Origin: an uncultured delta proteobacterium
GTDB taxonomy: Bacteria; Desulfobacterota; Binatia; Binatales; Binataceae
Direction of reading: 5' to 3'
Length of the DNA stretch: 64,000 bases
Assembly: GCA_963805315.1 (NCBI GenBank)
Contig: CAWDTQ010000015.1
Coordinates: forward strand, 516,722 to 580,721
The notes beneath the pieces are model-generated. The model saw only the letters and a program-made list of their open reading frames with translations. It ran no database searches and was not told where the DNA came from. The translations under genes and the position numbers were made by a program. Below, piece after piece: positions 61,714-64,000 of the stretch. Within the stretch, counting starts at the first letter, position 1. Each line of letters begins with the position of its first letter.

Positions 61714-62865
61714 GTGTCAACAGAGATCAGGCAGAGTAATTGGTTGAAGAAAGGGCTTTGTGTGCTGGCCGTCCTGATGATCGGCGCTGCCATCGCGATT
61801 CACGCCTACGCGCAGCCCTCCAGCCCCCCGGCGGCCTCGGCGCAAGGCGAGGCGCCTGAGCTCCGTGTGGTCACGATAATTGCGCCGCCGAGCGTTATGG
61901 AACAGAACGGCACCCTGACCGGATTCAGCATCGATCTTTGGAATGCGGTCGCCGCACGGCTGAAGGTAAAGACGAGGTACCAGATCGTGCCCGACGTGGG
62001 CGCTTTGGAGGAGGTGATGCGATCCAAAAATGCCGACATTACCGTCGGCCTCTTTATAACTTCGGCGCGTGATACTGATTTCGATTTTTCGATCCCAACA
62101 TTGCAAGCAGGCCTGCAAGTAATGGTCCGCGATACTGGTGAGAAAGCAGAAACTGCAAGCCCGGTTTGGGATATGCTCCGTCTGCTGTTTTCGCGAACGA
62201 CGGTAGTGTGGCTCGGCATCGCCCTGCTGCTCGTCCTAGTCCCGGCCCATCTGGTCTGGCTGTTCGAACGACGGCGCCCGAACGGAATCATTTCGAGCCC
62301 GAACTACCTTCCGGGAATCTTCGAGGCATTCTTTTGGGCCATCTCGACGCTGACGGGATCACCGGAGGGGATGCCGCATCAATGGGTGGCGCGCACGTTC
62401 GCAATCTTCTGGATATTCGCTGGTGTGGTTTTCGTTGCGTTCTATACGGCCCAGCTAACGACTACCTTAACCGTCGAGCAGATTCGCGGCTCTATCGAAG
62501 GGCCGGGCGATTTGCCTGGCAAGCAAGTGGCCACGATGGCAGGCAGCACCGCCGTCGATTATCTTCGGCAGCAGAACGCACAGGTCCAGGAGTTCACGAC
62601 GACTGATCAAGTGTATAAAGCTCTCCTCGACAAGAAAGTGGATGCGGTGGTCTTGCCCGCGCCACTGCTCCTCTACTACGCAGCTCATGCGGGAAAGGGA
62701 CGGGTGAAGACGGTCGGTCCCGAATTTAACACTGCGCCAGCCGCCATCATGGTGCAGCTGGACAGTCCGCTGCGTAGGAAGATCAATCTTGCATTGATCG
62801 CGCTTCGTGAGAACGGCACCTATCAGCAGATCTACGACAAGTGGTTCGGCACCGCCGCCCCTTAG
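61714..62865 (+). CDS. Prokaryotic ionotropic-glutamate-receptor-like channel (periplasmic-binding-protein lobes interrupted by a pore module)
   Basis: SBP_bac_3-like lobe 1: VVTIIAPPSVMEQNGTLTGFSIDLWNAVAARL…FDFSIP. TM-pore-TM module: …WLGIALLLVLVPAHLVWLFE…FEAFFWAISTLTGSPEG…IFWIFAGVVFVAFYTAQLTTTLT. Lobe 2: …VATMAGSTAVDYL…VDAVVLPAP…YDKWFG. The exact start is uncertain (GTG 61714 or TTG 61744). Confidence 0.8.
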   Translation: MSTEIRQSNWLKKGLCVLAVLMIGAAIAIHAYAQPSSPPAASAQGEAPELRVVTIIAPPSVMEQNGTLTGFSIDLWNAVAARLKVKTRYQIVPDVGALEEVMRSKNADITVGLFITSARDTDFDFSIPTLQAGLQVMVRDTGEKAETASPVWDMLRLLFSRTTVVWLGIALLLVLVPAHLVWLFERRRPNGIISSPNYLPGIFEAFFWAISTLTGSPEGMPHQWVARTFAIFWIFAGVVFVAFYTAQLTTTLTVEQIRGSIEGPGDLPGKQVATMAGSTAVDYLRQQNAQVQEFTTTDQVYKALLDKKVDAVVLPAPLLLYYAAHAGKGRVKTVGPEFNTAPAAIMVQLDSPLRRKINLALIALRENGTYQQIYDKWFGTAAP

Positions 62866-62876
62866 GAAGCGCCAAC

Positions 62877-63725
62877 TTGAAGTGGCTGCGCTTGCAACTC
62901 GTGCCCATCGCCACGGTCTTGGTCTTGCTGCGGGGTGCCGTTCTGGCGGTGTCGGCACACGCGCAACAAGCCTCGACGCCTGCACCGTCGCCGAGCGCCA
63001 TGAGTGCTCAGGAGCTGGCAATCAGCGTCCACAACCCGTTCGAGGATTTCGTTAAAGTTCCGATTCAGTCCACCACCGGATTTCAACTAGGTCCGCATCA
63101 TAAGGTTGGCGATAGTGTGAACATCGAGCCGCTAGTGCCGTTCTCGCTGAATGCGGATTGGGACCTGTTCGCACGCCCGAGCCTGACCTTCACTTATGCG
63201 CCGACTCCGCATGAACAATCCGGACTGGAGGACTTCGAGACCTCTTTTTTTCTCACGCCTGCCAAAAACTCCACCTGGATCTGGGGCTTGGGTCCGATCT
63301 TTGACTTCCCCACTGCCAGCAGCTCGGAATTGGGAAGCGGCCGCTGGTCGGCCGGACCAACTGCGGCGCTGGTGTACTCGGAGGGCCCGTGGCTCAACGC
63401 CATCCTCACAGACCAACTGCTGTCGTTTGCCGGAAATCGCGAGCGCGGAAGTGTGAATCAGACCTACATCGAGCCCATGATCAGCTACAACCTTGAGAGC
63501 GGCTGGTACGCCGACGTCGATCCCGCCATTACCTACGATTGGACCGCTGATACCGCTAACGCTTGGACTATTCCGATGGGCGCCGATATCGGTAAGGCGT
63601 TCAAGATGGGCTCCCAAGATTTGAGTCTGCAGGTTGGCGCGTACGACTTTCTAAAGCGTCCAGATGGCGCACCGCAATGGATAGCCCGGGTGAGCGTAAC
63701 GTTTCTGTTCCCTCACGTGCACTAA
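62877..63725 (+). CDS. Putative outer-membrane beta-barrel protein
   Basis: TTG start 7 nt after AGGAAG. Signal peptide (L)KWLRLQLVPIATVLVLLRGAVLAVSAHA. Alternating amphipathic strands are present, with the terminal …WIARVSVTFLFP(HVH). The track ORF starts at 62841, inside the upstream gene. Confidence 0.6.
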   Translation: MKWLRLQLVPIATVLVLLRGAVLAVSAHAQQASTPAPSPSAMSAQELAISVHNPFEDFVKVPIQSTTGFQLGPHHKVGDSVNIEPLVPFSLNADWDLFARPSLTFTYAPTPHEQSGLEDFETSFFLTPAKNSTWIWGLGPIFDFPTASSSELGSGRWSAGPTAALVYSEGPWLNAILTDQLLSFAGNRERGSVNQTYIEPMISYNLESGWYADVDPAITYDWTADTANAWTIPMGADIGKAFKMGSQDLSLQVGAYDFLKRPDGAPQWIARVSVTFLFPHVH

Positions 63726-63793
63726 GTCCCGAACCGGCTTCTCGCGCGCAATCTCGCCGTGACCGACACATCGCGCCGAATCGTTGCCGGCAC

Positions 63794-63822
63794 CAGATAG
63801 CCGAACTGGTGACCTCGAAGTC
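63794..63822. repeat. 29-bp direct repeat, copy 2
   Basis: See 61364-61392. The sequence beyond it is unrelated to the kinase gene. Confidence 0.7.
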
Positions 63823-64000
63823 GTCGCAAATCTGAGCGGATGATCCGGCGCAAGCGACGCGCTGAACGAGCGCTCCAAACACTGCGCACCCGCCGCAGCG
63901 GGTGAACTTTTCAGCCTTACGCCCGAGCGCCAGCCGTGCTTTGATCGCATTATGGTCAACCTTCAGGACGCTGACGCCGCACTCGCCCTGAAGCCCCGCG

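Noticed and set aside
63726-64000. Possible gene fragment at the window end (for example the plus-frame …GELFSLTPERQPCFDRIMVNLQDADAALALKPR)
   Set aside because: It is open to the window edge and short. Several stops lie in neighbouring frames and there is no recognisable family, so the evidence is insufficient for a call.

Overview
High-GC bacterial chromosomal window (about 60-65% GC by eye) with no rRNA and no CRISPR array.

Core content:
- A Tad/Flp pilus locus (cpaE'-cpaC-cpaB) plus two tandem 59-aa flp pilin genes that the ORF track misses, preceded by a sigma-54-type promoter.
- A co-directional respiratory block: sdhCAB, caa3-type oxidase ctaC-ctaD-ctaE, a dihaem cytochrome c, a Rieske protein, a cytochrome b/c fusion and ctaG.
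- A System I cytochrome c maturation operon (ccmE-F-H-x-A-B-C-D) whose CcmE carries the Cys-type CPSKY haem motif.
- pgi, sqdB+GT2, dnaJ plus a cbpM-like gene, ispF, moeA, an orphan sensor-less sigma-54 activator, and an NtrB-like histidine kinase.

Accessory content:
1. A 14.06-kb integrative element in tRNA-Lys(UUU), bounded by perfect 43-bp att repeats (24292-24334 and 38312-38354). It carries an integrase, Xis/AlpA-like HTH genes, a Toprim/P-loop primase-helicase, an AT-rich iteron region, terS and terL, and an R-M cargo. It has no capsid, tail or lysis genes, so it looks like a phage satellite.
2. A ~3.6-kb cassette encoding a 983-aa Ig-like repeat surface protein, bracketed by 186-bp direct repeats (about 90% identical) of the kinase gene 3' end. 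A second cassette follows (iGluR-like ligand-gated channel plus an outer-membrane beta-barrel), bracketed by a 29-bp repeat.
3. A 4.3-kb block (a poxB'/'malic-enzyme chimera plus sdhCAB) bracketed by 57-bp repeats of a lipoprotein gene 3' end.

Several REP/MITE-like hairpin repeat families fill the intergenic regions.

Major caveat: single-base frameshifts are very dense in the sdh, Rieske/cyt b, ccm and island genes, but absent from about 26 kb of neighbouring genes. This is either uneven indel error or real gene decay, and it cannot be decided from this sequence alone. Genes called 'pseudogene' below are 'frameshifted as sequenced'.
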